DNA of 64,000 bases from Selaginella moellendorffii (Eukaryota > Plantae > Lycopodiophyta): assembly GCF_000143415.4 (NCBI RefSeq), contig NW_003314271.1, positions 1,038,882 to 1,102,881 of the forward strand, written 5' to 3'. The notes beneath the pieces were generated by a model that was not told the DNA's origin, did no database searches, and was given only the letters and a program-made list of their open reading frames with translations. This document shows, piece by piece, positions 1 to 13,466 of the stretch (the stretch's first letter is position 1; each line of letters starts with the position of its first letter). The translations under genes and the position numbers were made by a program.

Positions 1-429
1 CCTTGGTTATCTCAACCTCCATGGAAACTCGATATAGAGCAAGGTGCCAACTTCTAGTGCACCTACCTTACGTGGATCTCTGTGAACAAGTTCTATAGAG
101 AGATCAGCTTAAGCTTGGGTAGGTTTTGAGCTCATGAGCTCATGGTTTCTCAAACACAAGAAAAACATTGGTTCGTCCCAAACTAACATTTTTTTATTTT
201 TCAAATTTTGATTTAATCTATATTTCCAAGTAAATTCGACCAATAAAATACAAATATAAATATAGATCCGAACACTAAAAGCAATTTAAAAACACTTCTC
301 AAGCTTCACAACTGTAAAGCTTACTTGATGGATGTGATGGTCAATCTTAGAATCTTGGTTTAATTCTTGCATAAAAATGTAATAGATGTGCTTGTAGGCT
401 AAATATACCTTTCTCTTATTCTCCCTCAG

Positions 430-3400
430 TGTAAAATTTGGACAGGTATAAGATGGATTTTTGCAGATTTTTGATAATGTAGCTCGTACCCTTTGACAAC
501 TCAGTCACAACAACAAACTCCTTAGCCACAACATTAATGTAATTTGTCTTTGGGATTGTGCACTTCAACTCTTTTGCTAACTTAATCTTTTCTTGTGCAC
601 CTTTTGAAATGAAAGACTTATATTGTACAACCTTTCCATTCCTAGCTGATCGTGTATGCTAATCTAGTGTTGATATTGGTGGCATAGCAGTATTAACAAC
701 AATATTTAAGGAAGTCTTTAGCTTGAAACCTACTTTCTTCAAACTTTCAATCTCTTCTTTCAAAAGATTGCAGCTTCACTCAATTGGCCACTCCTCTAGC
801 ATAAAATCTAGCTTCAAAATAATTGACCTGTGGATCCGGCTTGTATGAGTAACATCAATCCCACAATAGTAAATCCAGCTTGACAGGCAGCCCTTCACCC
901 CTAGATCTTGACAGCCTTAGAAACATGGCACTACTGAAGAACTTGAAGTTGAGCGCACAAATGCGAGACACTAACCTCGACTCCCAATCATTCTGGAGCA
1001 ATGTGCATTGCTCTTGGCATTGACTCTTCGGATTGCCCAATTGATACTAGAAACTAGCTCATGGGAAATAACCTTCTCAACCTCTAGCACTAGACTTGTG
1101 TAACAATTGATACTTCCTCCACTCCACGTTCCTTAGATATTTTCTGGTGTCGTGGAACAAAATGGTAGTCAAACTCTAGATGGTGAGAGTTAAAAGGAGT
1201 GATGGTTGGCCCATCAAATGTCTATCGACGCTTCATATAAGCTGTTCTTATGCCCTCGAGTGGTTCATAACTTGATTCCATAGGAGTTTTAGCAACAACT
1301 TCCTCCACCATCTTAGACATTGACCTTGCTGTTGGTGTTGTCCTTCTACCAACCCACTCTCGAAGCCTGTCTAAATTTGGACTTATACTAGCAAACCTTG
1401 CTTAATGTGCAACCAAAGCTTTTGATGGCTACTCAAGAGATCTAATGAGGTCGGAAAGTGTAGCTTCATAAAGGGACACTTTTCCTTTCCCTGCTTCAGA
1501 AGCTTTCTAGCTCCAATGTTTGCTCTTTAAGGAATTAATTGTTGGTGTAAGTGCTATGTCATCAAGTGGTTGATCCTAGGAAAAATGTAATATTTGAATG
1601 TGACAAGAAAGAAAATGAGAGAAAGCTTATATGAGAGTATAATGACCCCACTGAAACATTTGAACTTCCCACTATGCAAGGCAACATTCCATTTGTGGAA
1701 GGTGTTCAATTGGCACTTTGCCTCCTTCATACCACCATATGCACATTTCATTTGCCTTTGCCTCGTGTTCTTCTTTAGTTGGTGCATCCATCCATTCCTG
1801 ACAAAGCTGCTTGAACTCGTGATAGAAGTTAGATTTGATGCATCGGCAATGTTCGTTGACACTCTTTGCTCAATAAAATTCATAACTCTTCTCTCTACCT
1901 TGTAATGGTTGACTTTTATCACCTCCAAACACTTGCCGCACAATCAATCAATAAGTATTAGCAGCATTTGCCATGAAACCACGGAAGTTGGGTTTCTTCC
2001 CAGTTCGTTGTTCAACAACCTCAGACATACATATCCAAAAGATAGTTTGAGTTTAGAAATCTTGAACCTTGAATTCAACTATAGCTATAGTCAAGTTGCA
2101 CTGCAACTTATAAAAGGAATGGGTATAATATAAACAGGCATGGAATCCTTAAAAAATGAAAAGCCACTTACTTGTGATCATACATATGAGCTCCTATAGT
2201 TGACCAGCCTGAAACTTGTTCCATGTGGTTGAAATAAATCCAGGAATTAACCAAGTCCCCATCTCCATCCATATCCATTCGTTGTACAAAGTCTACATCA
2301 GAAACAAGACCAAGGGTAGACATTTTAAAGATGAAAGGGCATTGATTGTTCAAAGTCACTTGGCCAACGAACAAACTCCCATGAATAAACTCATAGGGAC
2401 ATTTTCTCTTTAGTTCCAAAATCCCATCCAATCCAAATTGAAGCTTTCCATCTTGCCCTTCTTGCATCCAATTCTTTATTCTACCATAAAAAAGAGTGTT
2501 ATTAGTGATAAAGTAGAGTTAAGTATTAATTTTATACCTATTTAAATTTGTCACAAGTTCTATATTTCGAAGTAGGTCCTTCAAGTTGTTCTCCATGAAC
2601 TCTTTTTTGCTATCAGATTGTAGCAACGTGTCCACCACATAGTCTTTTAGTACAGACTGTTGAACACACTTTAAAGTTGCAACACTTTTCTTCCTAGCCT
2701 TTGTAGTAACAACAACCTTCAAATTGCAAAAAGAATCACGCCAGATTCCTTCCTCTATTGCGTATTAGTGGTATCCAACATGCACTGTTGCTCTGCTTAA
2801 ACATCCATCCCATGGAAGAAAATAATACATTTTCACATTGCAACATGCTTAACACATAGGTGTTGCCCCGCATTTGCGACATCTAAACCCTGTAACAACT
2901 TCATCATGCATAGAGGGATTGATTATTGAGCTTTCAAAGAAACACATATTCTTGCCATGATCAAAAATGCATTTCTCAGCGACATACTGAAGTTGTTCAC
3001 CACAATGGACTATGGACACAAATCCATTGAAATAGGAGAAGTGGGTTGTCTTTACTCTACACCAATTATGTGGATCAAGATGCATCTCCATACCCTTTTC
3101 CCATTTGATAAACTGGCTGGTGGAAACTCGAAGAATATATTCCCATTATAGGAAGAAAGAAGCTCCTCACCTCTCATGTACTCAAACTCCTTCAATTTTA
3201 GCCATAATGATTGAGATTGCCGAAATGCTTTATCCACCACTTCAAAAACTGGTCCAGAAGGAATGCACCTACTTGTCTGGGAAGTTATGTTGGGAAGTTC
3301 ATCTTTTTCACTTTCATCACTAGAGAGAATAACAACTTCATCCTTCACTCCTTGCACAGTTGGCTGTGAAACTGATGCACTCTCCTCTCCTCGCTTCAGA

Positions 3401-3666
3401 GATCTTGTAATTAGAATCTCCTGACCTGTACATCTATTAAGATCCCACTGAATCCCATTCTCTCCCACACCACTGTCAAGAAGAATGGATTTTTCTATTT
3501 GATTACCCTTATCATGACATATATTCTCCAAACTAACTGATCCCAACTTTAGCTTGAATCTTCTACAGAGGAAGCTCTCTCCTATAACACTCTTAGAGAA
3601 AACAATTGAAGGCTCTTGATTGAATTTTAAATAGAATTCTCTCATATCTTCTCCTTGCTCGAGCAC
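430..3666 (-). pseudogene. MULE-type DDE transposase pseudogene with N-terminal WRKY/GCM1-like zinc finger
   Basis: Minus-strand translation through stops gives CRKC..C*ACCNVKMYY..RATVHVGYH*Y (~2760-2890), SWIYFNHMEQVSGWSTIGAHMYD (ORF 2168..2467), KPNFRGFMANAAN (~1958-1996) and EKSYEFY*AKS (1861-1893). These resemble MULE catalytic D, D and CxxH motifs after G>A/C>T decay. 3' end approximate. Confidence 0.65.
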
Positions 3667-4304
3667 TTAAAAAAAATTTGGGGAGAAACTGACAAGAAAG
3701 AACAAAGATATTTTTCTATATTGTGAGTTTTAATTAGCTATGTCCTTGCAAAGGACAGATTAATTATTTTAACAAAATATACAACCATTTAGAATCTAGA
3801 GAGATATGAGAATCTTAAAGAGCCACCTATATTAATTGTATAATTGATTGTGAGAGGAATAATATTGTTGGAATGAATATGGTTATGAGCAAAAAGTGCC
3901 AGTTAATCACAAAAGTTGTAGTATTGATTGTTTGTTCTCCCTCTCATCTCCATGCTTTCTTCCCTTCAAGAGAGTTTCATTCTTTTGTGACAAGTGAGAG
4001 AGTGTCAAGCTCGGAAAGGTTAGTTTGTGCATGGAAAGGTTAGTTCACGTACATGGTAGCTACTCCTACTACTCCTTAGGTTGGTGGTGTAGGGGGAGCT
4101 AGTGGTGGTGAGGGATTATGCATGCATGATTCTGACACCATCTTGAATGATCGTGTTCGGGACACGATCATCCAAGCTTAAGAACGGACAATCATGAGTT
4201 ATAGGAAGTGTTAAACAGTTAAAGCATTACAGGAAATGTTAATAGTTAAAGTATTATAGGAAATGATGGAATGGCCCTCATTGTTTTTTAGTTCCTTTGT
4301 GCAG

Positions 4305-7300
4305 GTTGGTTCAAAGCCATTGGGTGCGCTTAGCTTACGACCTCAATATGGCTATCTACAGCTCCTTTGCTGAGTTTAGGTTTGGGAGCACAACTGGTAT
4401 CTTCATTGTTTCACCAACTTTCCCTAGAATCGGCTGGACAGAGCTAGTGACATTAAACTTGAGCAAAATTGGGATCTTATATAGCTGTGAAAGTCTTGTG
4501 AGTTTGATGGTTTCTTAGGACAACATATGGAAACAGTAGGATTCATTGGAAAGCTCTTTTGGGTGATCGATGGAAACCATAGGTGGCTGGCATTTTGGAA
4601 GTGCATTCAAGAGAAGTTTTGAGATGATGAAGAACGACACATTAGTGTTCTAGTCACACTTGTCAAACCAATGACTTGGGAGCATACTATGAAGCTCAAC
4701 ATGACATACCATAAGATCAATATGTAAGAATTTATTTTTTGTAAACTTAGCCAATATCGTGTTTTTGTAGGTTAAACCAATTTGCATTTCAAGCTTATAC
4801 ATTGGTATATGACATTGAGCACCTTCAGTTTATTTGCATGCTCTCACTAGAGGAGGTCTAAACATTGTACAATCGTGAGGTATTTGAAGTAATTCGAGTG
4901 AAGTTGGCAGCTAGGAAATGCTAAGAATTGTAGACTTGGTACCAGCTGCCACTTGATTTTCTACTTGCTGTCTGGGCAAAGGTAAATTAAAGTTGAAGTA
5001 TGTATTAACTTATATAATGTTTTTTGCAGCCCATAATCAAAGGAGAAAGAGCCTCATTCTTTAAAAATGCCCAAGGGATGAGTAGCAGAAGGAGATGGAG
5101 TGGCATGTGATTAAGCAGCAATTTTTGAATACGAAGAGAATAAAGGGGAAAAAGTTGCTCTCAATTGTAGACATTCGACGCGGGTAGGAATGGCTTGATA
5201 GCATTGCTAAGATTTGTTCTCGCGTTCGTAAGTTCTTCTAAAATTTGTGAAACATTTCATAACTCTTTGTATGTGTAGGAACTGGTAAAGCACTAGAGGA
5301 ATTCATTTACAACATCTCCAAGACTAAAATGTCCTTTGTTGAACAAAGTATCTATTTGGAACTTCTTAACACTTAGCTGCAAAACAACGAAAAATGCTAC
5401 AAGATAAGGATGGAGAAGGTGATGAAGGAGAAGGGGTACATTTCTCAAAGGATTACTGCTGGTGAGGAGATGTTACAAGTTTAGGACAAGAAGTTTCTTT
5501 CTAGCACCCATACAGGTATTGCTCTCAAAGAATATATTCATACTTGTCTTGCGGAGCTAGGGAATGGTTGGCTTCCACGTGGTGGGATGAGTTCAGCTGA
5601 GTTCAAGAACTAACCAGGACAACCATTTCTTGCAAGCATATGGTTTACAGGTATTTTCTCAATTCTCATTTATATATTGGTATTTATATTTTTGTTTTAC
5701 TTTGTAGATATTTAAAATATTGCCCCGGCACACTAGTATACACAGCCGGTGTTTTGCAGAAGCTCCTGACTAGAGGCAAGAAGCTTGGGATGTATGAGCC
5801 AGAGTTCTATTGTCCTTGTACACATGAGAAGCTAGATCTCTACCTTGAATGTCATCCAGGTCCACTTGAAACTTAACACTTAGCTAGGAAATATTAACCT
5901 TGAGTTATATTCTTATTTTCTAGAAGCTCTTTCTGACTGTGATAATGACATTGTTGAAGTTCAACAACTAAACCCAGGAGTCCACACTTAGGAAACCATC
6001 CAGAAGATGCCAAATCCAAATACCGTTGAACCAAAGGTAATTGTACAGGAGATTCCAGCACAAGAAATTACAATACCTACTCCTCACAACCCCCAAAAAG
6101 GTTGTCATGAAGCCTTTCATGAGAGTAAGGACTTTGATTTGGAACATTCTTTTATTCATTCTTGACTTCACTTTTTATTTTATAGATGTTGCAGAGAGCA
6201 GCCATCAGTCTTCTTGGCGAACTAAGACATTCTTCCCATCCCTCCCTACAGCTACAGACGATGACTTGGAAGAGCTCTCCTCTGCAACTATGCATAAACA
6301 GGTTAGTAAGCATGAATTTTATCTTCAACTTTTAGTTCTAATAATTGTTTTTCAGGTTCGCTCTCTATCCCCAACGGCCAGTGTTGGGGAAATTATTGTT
6401 CTCATTGGGGATTACATGCAGCTTTTAGATGCTACTAGTCGGGAGCTCTACATGCTTGATCGGTGGATCCATGGTTTAGGTCAGCTCACACCTTATGGGA
6501 AAATCGATTTCTTCTTTTTCGATCTTCCCGATGGGATGCCACCACTGCAGGGGGATACTCTGTCATGGAATGTGTTGCAGGCCCAACACATTTCCCAAGC
6601 TTTAAAGGTTGCCAGCAGCTTCATGACATACAAGGGTGTGGTTGTCATGATCCTTCCCTGTTCTCTAATATGGGAAGGCCTTCTCGCACACTTGGCTGAC
6701 AACAATGATGGATTTGTCGAGTTTTCATTTGGCTGCCTTCTTTCGAGTATGACGGTGGACACAAAAGGCACTAATGGGCAGAAGCAAAAGGTGTGTAACT
6801 TCTTTATTTACAAATTAACTCTATTCTTCTTTTTTTTTTTCAGGTTTATTCCTAGAACTACCATGCTGTATGCCACATTGGGAACTGGTGTAATGCCACA
6901 TGAGCTGATGAGCATGTTGCTCTTGCTCTACTAGGATATGACAACTCTACAGACATCATCCCAAATATGATTGACTTGGATGTTCTTCACCCAATGTTCC
7001 CTGATTATCGACATCGTTCAGTCACGGCCATATAGATCTTGTTGGTGTTATTCTGTCTGCCAAAGGGGATTGTGCTTGATGCTATAGCAGGATTTGGGTC
7101 AATGGTGCAAGTAGTGAAAGAAACAAGCCAAGCTATTTTTGCACTTAACAAGGAGGATGCCTTTGAGGATATTCTTAGGAGATTTTGTGATAGGTGATGT
7201 TAGTGCTTGAAATAATCTATAATATTTATTCTCAAATGTTTCTATGTCATTAGGTCTACACTTATCACACATACTTCAGTCCACACGCTTGATCCTGATG

Positions 7301-7515
7301 ATATGGATGATTATATGGACCGAAGTCAATTCCACTTACCTATTTATACTGAACACATAGCACAATATTACATACAACATGAGCCTATAGTGAAGGAGCA
7401 TTCCACTATACCCATGTATTCTTTTCTAGATATGGAAGCAAAGAAGATTGAATATATTCTGATTTTAATATTAATTATGTTGTTTAATATATTATTTTCT
7501 TTCTTTGTAGACTAA
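4305..7515 (+). pseudogene. Intron-containing ParB-like + beta-class N6/N4 DNA methyltransferase-like gene, pseudogenised
   Basis: FWVIDGNHRWLA at 4557-4592 (ParB/Srx-type motif). IGDYMQLL..KIDFFFFDLPDG with a motif IV-like DLPD at 6521-6532. A phase-0 GT-AG intron at 6791-6843. Then FCLPKGIVLDAIAGFGSMVQVVKETSQAIFALNKEDAFEDILRRF with a motif I-like stretch at 7069-7101. In-frame stops, e.g. 4620 and 7033. Confidence 0.65.
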
Positions 7516-7668
7516 AAGATTAGTTCGTGTTGAACCAATAATCTACATGAGCTTATGGAATACCTTAAATACCTAGATTTTATTTTAAAAATTCTTGGTT
7601 CGGGATGAACTAAGGTAGTGCCATTAAACTTTTGCTAGTTAGAGGATTGTATTGACTTCCTTTGACTT

Positions 7669-7893
7669 TTGTTGACTTTTATTGACTTGAGCTCAGCTCA
7701 AAAACTACCTAGCCCCATCAGCTCAAAGCTAGCGAACTGCTTATACCTCAAAGTGGTCAACTTTGCACAAAACAATCTCACAAGCCCACTTGAGCTAATG
7801 AAGTTGACAAGTTTGTTCTCCTTTGTCATATCCAACAAGTTGAGTGGCAATGTTCCAGTAGAAAAGCTTGAATTTCACATACCTCAGCTATAG
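7669..7893 (+). pseudogene. Extracellular plant LRR gene fragment (LRR-RLK/RLP-like)
   Basis: PISSKLANCLYLKVVNFAQNNLTSP..NKLSGNVP matches the plant LRR consensus LxxLxxLxLxxNxLxGxIP. Short and disrupted. Confidence 0.6.
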
Positions 7894-8297
7894 TGAGAAC
7901 CAATTCACAAAGTGTGATTCCCCAAGAAATTTGCAATTGGATTATGATCCTATCTTTTGCATACAACAGGCTCATTCTCTCCAGATTGAAAATTCTTCAT
8001 GAACTTAACAAGCTCCATGGCAGGATCCTTTAATGTTTGATTAATTGATTGATTTGTTTATTTAATACTTGTTTTTTTCCTTTAATGTTTGGAATGGTTC
8101 CAACCACTTATTTGGTTTTCCATTGGGATTCCAAGGCAAATGGAACCTTTCCATTGCCTCCTTGTGGATATGGGACCAAAGATCACTTTGAGCACTTTGC
8201 AAGTCATATCAAAAGCTAGGAATTTGCATTTGGCTGTTTGTGGCAACAATCAAGGGGCATGTGGTATTGGTTACATTTCAGGAATCATGTTTTGATC

Positions 8298-9298
8298 AGT
8301 AAGACACGAATCCCTAAGCACCAAAATGGAGTTAAAAGTGTGTCATGTGACAATGGATAAAGCAAAAGTTCAACTAATGTAATACATTAAAATTAAAAGT
8401 TCTGATTTAGAAAGTTGAGAGTGGGAGTGCAACTCCCAAAGAAGTGCTTGAGGAACAAACACAAAGTGATCGATGAAGCAAGCCTTTAAAACAAGATACA
8501 AAAAGAACTAATATATAGCAAATGTCATAAGATATAGAAGTGTTAAAACCAAGTTTGAGACCTAGTCTGAGATTGAGTCTAGGATTGATTTCAAGTTCGA
8601 TACTAAATTTGAGACTAAGTCCAAGATCAAGTCTGAGAGAAGAAGGTCGAGACTAGGTTTGAGAGGGAGTCCGAGTTCAAATTCAAATCCGAGACCGAGA
8701 CCAAAATTGAGACCAAGACTGAGGCCAAAACCAAGACTAAGACTGAGACCGAGACTAAATCCAAGGGTGAAAGCCTAAAGTGATTGTCTCCAGATCCTAA
8801 GGGGTTTAATAAATCCCTACAAAGTGGAATTAGTGGGGCTAAAAAAGGTTAGTATAACCAAGGAGGACTACACTTATATGGTGGAAGATGATATAATTAC
8901 TAAAGGGTCCAATACTAGAGTGAATATAGATAAATAGATAGGGTGATTTGATGAAGTATTTAACAGTTATGAGAGATCAAATGATCAATGTTCCCAATTC
9001 AACTATGAGTGGCATTGCCTTGCATGGCTCATTAGAACCTTGCTTTAGCCATATGGTTTGGGCATTCTAGTGGCAAAAGGTGGGAGGAGTACCCATGAGA
9101 CTCACGTTGAGTTGCAATGCTTCAAACTATCATCCTAAAGTCTTAAACTATGGAAAGTAAAAGGAATAATCCTTTTGTTTAGTGATCAAGGGTATAGTTA
9201 CGTAGTGAAGAAGTATCAAAGGTAAGTAAAATTTAGTGGATAAGCATTCAAGCTTTAAATTAATACTAGTGGTGGTGAGCATTACTATGAATGGTAAA
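8298..9298 (+). mobile_element. Old LTR 'E' (left part), same family as the 14967-16837 LTR
   Basis: AGTAAGACACGAATCCCTAAG resembles the LTR start TGTGAGACACAAAATCCCTAGG. Decayed GAGACC/GAGTCC array at ~8545-8765. Colinear with the young LTR up to the element D insertion. Confidence 0.75.
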
Positions 9299-10290
9299 TA
9301 TGGTATATATGGTTTTCACCCTTTATTCTATAGTGATTTACTATAGGATAACCACAAAATAGAATTTATCCCTTTATATCCCAAATATTATATGCCACAT
9401 GCTACATACCATATATTTGGGGATAGTGGACTGGAACTTGAGTTTCAAGGCCTTGGGCCACTAAAGGAAGGGATAGAGCCCAACTTTCAAACTTGCAACC
9501 AAAGAGTGAAAGAACTGGAGCATAGCATCCCAATGCCAAGATCAGTATATAAAACGGAGCCAAACGAAGTCTAATGCTATTTCAATATACTAGTGGCTTA
9601 ACGTGAGGATATAAGTACTCAACCAACTAACATGGTATGGAACTTAAGGACAAACATGCAAGCAAGAGTTAAACTATGCCTCAAGTTGGTCTGCCATTTC
9701 GAACACCCCCCCCCCCCCCCCCCCCCTCCCTCTTGAAGAACACATGCTTTGGGATTCACCCTTAACCACCCTTAGTACTAGAAGTTAATATTTGGGGCAA
9801 GTGTAAATATGGGATAGTGCTAGGTTGTGAATTTGGACATAGGACCAACATCATTGTGTTCAAGACAATCTCTACATTGTATAGATATGTCGCAAATCTA
9901 GACACTTTCCATAAATAATAATTGGGACCAAATAGAACTAACACAAAGGGCATGATAATAAGGGTGTTTGGCAAACATAGTAAGATATCATCTAGCAATA
10001 TTGAGGGATCAATATCAATATGCAAGGGTTTTTGACAAGCTAGTGCAAGATAGAGCAAAAGAGAACTAAAAGCCAGACCAAGTATGCTTAACAAGAAACA
10101 CATAGGAGTTCCTACCATATATTCATCTAACTAAGTATAAGTGTTAAGCCCAATTTACTAACACTTGAACAAGAAAGACTGATAAAGGGTCCAGCAATAC
10201 TAACCTCTTACCATTGTGATAGTAAGGAAACAATATCCAAAAGAACTAGCCAATAAATACCTTTCGATACCAACAATCACATTTGCAACA
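9299..10290 (-). repeat. 3' LTR of element D
   Basis: Homologous to 32228-33160. Abuts the polypurine tract. Contains a poly-C run near 9705-9726. Confidence 0.75.
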
Positions 10291-10786
10291 CTCTCCCCCC
10301 CTTAGGGAAGATCTATATCCTCGTCAAAGCATACTCTGGTCTAGATCATCGCCAAGGACACAACTCTAGAAAAAGTTTATGGTGTTCATACTTTCTGAAA
10401 AATACACTAACTTTAGGAAGTAACCTCTCTCTCTAATGTAAATGCACTACAACTCAAACCCCTTCTAGCCGTTGCTAACAAAAAAATAATTAATGGAGTT
10501 AGCCACCTTTGCTATTCTGGGTGTTACCCAACTTACAAAAGATGATATACCCTTACCTACATGTGGTATAAAAAGAAAAGCTAAAGGCCCTAGCTCTCAT
10601 GAGCAAAGAAACCAAACCTATTAGTAAGATTTAGATAAACTACTGTAAACAGGTATGGTTATGCCCTTTTAACGGTCAGGCATTTTAATGCTCTTTATAC
10701 AGTCATGCCCTTTTAACGAAATAAAGAACATCAAGAAAGAAGCAGGTGATGTGACAAGTCAATAGTAGCTACCCCATGACTAGAAA

Positions 10787-10886
10787 NNNNNNNNNNNNNN
10801 NNNNNNNNNNNNNNNNNNNNNNNNNNNNNNNNNNNNNNNNNNNNNNNNNNNNNNNNNNNNNNNNNNNNNNNNNNNNNNNNNNNNNN
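10787..10886. other. Assembly gap (100 N)
   Basis: Run of N. Confidence 1.
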
Positions 10887-13466
10887 AGAGCCAATGATAT
10901 TTTAGAGACTTAATTATTAGGGAATAAATCTTAAATTAAAACACAAAAGTATTCCAAGTAAGTTATCATTTGATAAACTAATATTAGAGTACAAGAACCA
11001 CCAAGATCATCATATTTGGAAAACATAAGATTCACTATCCAATAAAATTTAATAGCAAGTGTACCATCAAGAACACTCAATAATAAAATTTAATTATAAA
11101 AAATTATAGACAATATGCTGGAAAACTTATAAAAAACAACTAAAAGAACACAAAATATCATCGAAAATGCTTATGAATGTATCATCTAATGGAAATAATA
11201 TCCGACCATTAGAACCAACCATAGTAATAATGTTGCAAAGTAAATAAACATTTGTTTATGCCAACTATCACACTAGCTAATGTGAATAGATCTCAATCAA
11301 CAATACTAAAAAACTAGAGTTGCTCAAGCAAGTGTCAACAATATTCTATAAATATTTCAAACCCAAAAGATCAATCTAGAACAAACCATAAAAAACATAT
11401 GGTAATGTGAAAAGCTATAAGTTATTAAATAGAATAACTAACTATTATAAAAAATCATCAATCATCCCATTAATAGAGAGATACATAATCATTGTCGAAG
11501 AAAGATTCCATCATCCCAAAGAAAGGTAAATTAGTCTATATTAACACTAATCAAACAAAACCTTTGACAAAAATAATAAACTATCCTAGATAATAGTCAA
11601 TCATCACTAATGATTGTTAGATGTAAATACTAACTCCAACACCAAAGTTAATGAGCAAAAATACCTTCTCCAACAACTTTTAACAAATGAAACAATGAGC
11701 ATAAAACTCATTAAACCAAAAGCTCGAAGAAGCCTATAGCTAAGTCTCGCCTAATAATGATTACGAGTTTCACATAAACTAATTTCAATGTTAAAGAAGA
11801 AATCATGATATAACCTACAATATTCTTCTCACATCTAGAAGCTAACTTTATAAAAGTTAATGAAGGAGTATGTCTGCATTAATACAAAAGTCAAGTAAAA
11901 TGAAGTTATACTCAACAAGTGATCACTAAATAACCCTCCATGAATTTATCTTCTATAGCAAAACATAATTCATTTTATAACAAACACAAGAAGAATCATC
12001 AATGATTGATATATCCTCAATTTAAATTTAATAAGGATTCAATCATTTCAATATCGATCACTAACTCTTCCTCTCATAAAGTTACTATAGTTCATGACTA
12101 AATCACGTTTCAAGGAAAAGCCAAAGCTCAACCCCTAGTAAATAATCTAATCTAGAATATAACTAACTCAAACTTACCAGTTAATTTGTTTGAATGCTAA
12201 TACAATTGCTAGCTAATAATTACATGAATGCCAAAAACAAATGCTATAGCCAAATCATCAATACTATCAACATTGAGACTAATAAAACTCAATATCAGAT
12301 TTTAGAGAGATATCTCATTTCACTCGAGTTTCAACATCAATAATATCAATGATAGATATCACTTTAATGCCATCAACACCAGAACAAAACTAATAAAACG
12401 AAAGAAAAAATCAGCACTCAAAGCTCTTTAGCAACTAAGCTAGCTAAGGTCAAAGATATTTTATTTAGTATTCGAGACCAATCTTTCGACAATATTTAGT
12501 TATAGATAACATATCATTAATGAGTGAATCACCACATCCAAGACTCAATGTAATCCAACATCACAGATTAAACATAACCAAATAATATCAATAGAGATGG
12601 AATTGTCATGCTAACATGGAAAAACCATGTAAGTTAACAACACAATCCTTTACAACACCATCCGGTAGAGCAAATATATCATTGCTAAATCATCATCGAA
12701 AAAAACAAGTGTCAATAGTTCTTAACAAAGTTTAAAAGTAATTATTAGTCATAGAGCAACCAACAATCTCTTCAACTTGCCTTTAGAAGACCTAGATACT
12801 AAATTCATGTCATCGAGTCATACATTTGTCTAATAGAAAGGTACATATATAGGAACATAAACAAGCACAGACTAAATAACCATTCAAATCTAATCAAACT
12901 GCAATAAACTCACCAACACATGTAGCCAACAACTTTGAGCATACCTTGAAGAAACTAGTTATGCATGATTAACATTTAGTCATAACTAAAGTGAAGACCA
13001 TAAGATGGACTCATATTGGTACACAACTTCCTCATAGACAAATTATAGTACAAGTACTAACACCTTAAACTCAAACAACTAAGTTAAACATCACTATCCT
13101 TAGCTAAGATGTAGGGCTACCAAAACCAAATCAAAATTAGTGAAAGCTCACTACTCTTATAGAATTTAACAAAATGCAAGATGTAATATATCACCAAACA
13201 CAACACTATAGAATAAAGGCACAAAAGTTGCATTTATAAAAAAATGCATTAGCCATTTTTCTATATTAATTCCAAACACTCAATTTCCTTAACCCTAAAA
13301 GTTAGCATGCTGCATCATATAAACTACCTACCAAGGTTTAAACTAACCAAAGTCAACTCTAACCTTTTCACTAGTTTGTATTAGCTTATAAAAACGGAAT
13401 GGTTTTCAGCAAAATGATCAATAAATCAGCCATTGGAAAAGTTTAAGAAAACTTATGGAAATTTTT

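Larger units (their letters stand above)
169..7612. mobile_element. Degenerate Mutator-like (MULE) DNA transposon with two divergent genes
   Basis: Imperfect inverted termini: TGGTTCGTCCCAAACTAA (169-186) vs TTGGTTCGGGATGAACTA (7595-7612) match 14/18 in reverse complement and all differences are transitions. They bracket a transposase-like gene (-) and a ParB/methylase-like gene (+). No TSD recognised. Confidence 0.6.

Noticed and set aside
9705-9726. Poly-C tracts (also ~14392-14412) as G-quadruplex elements
   Set aside because: Homopolymer expansions private to single decayed LTR copies and not conserved in sister copies.
10887-13466. Possible gag/pol remnants in the element D internal region
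   Set aside because: Too decayed. No motif could be fixed by eye, so no superfamily is assigned.
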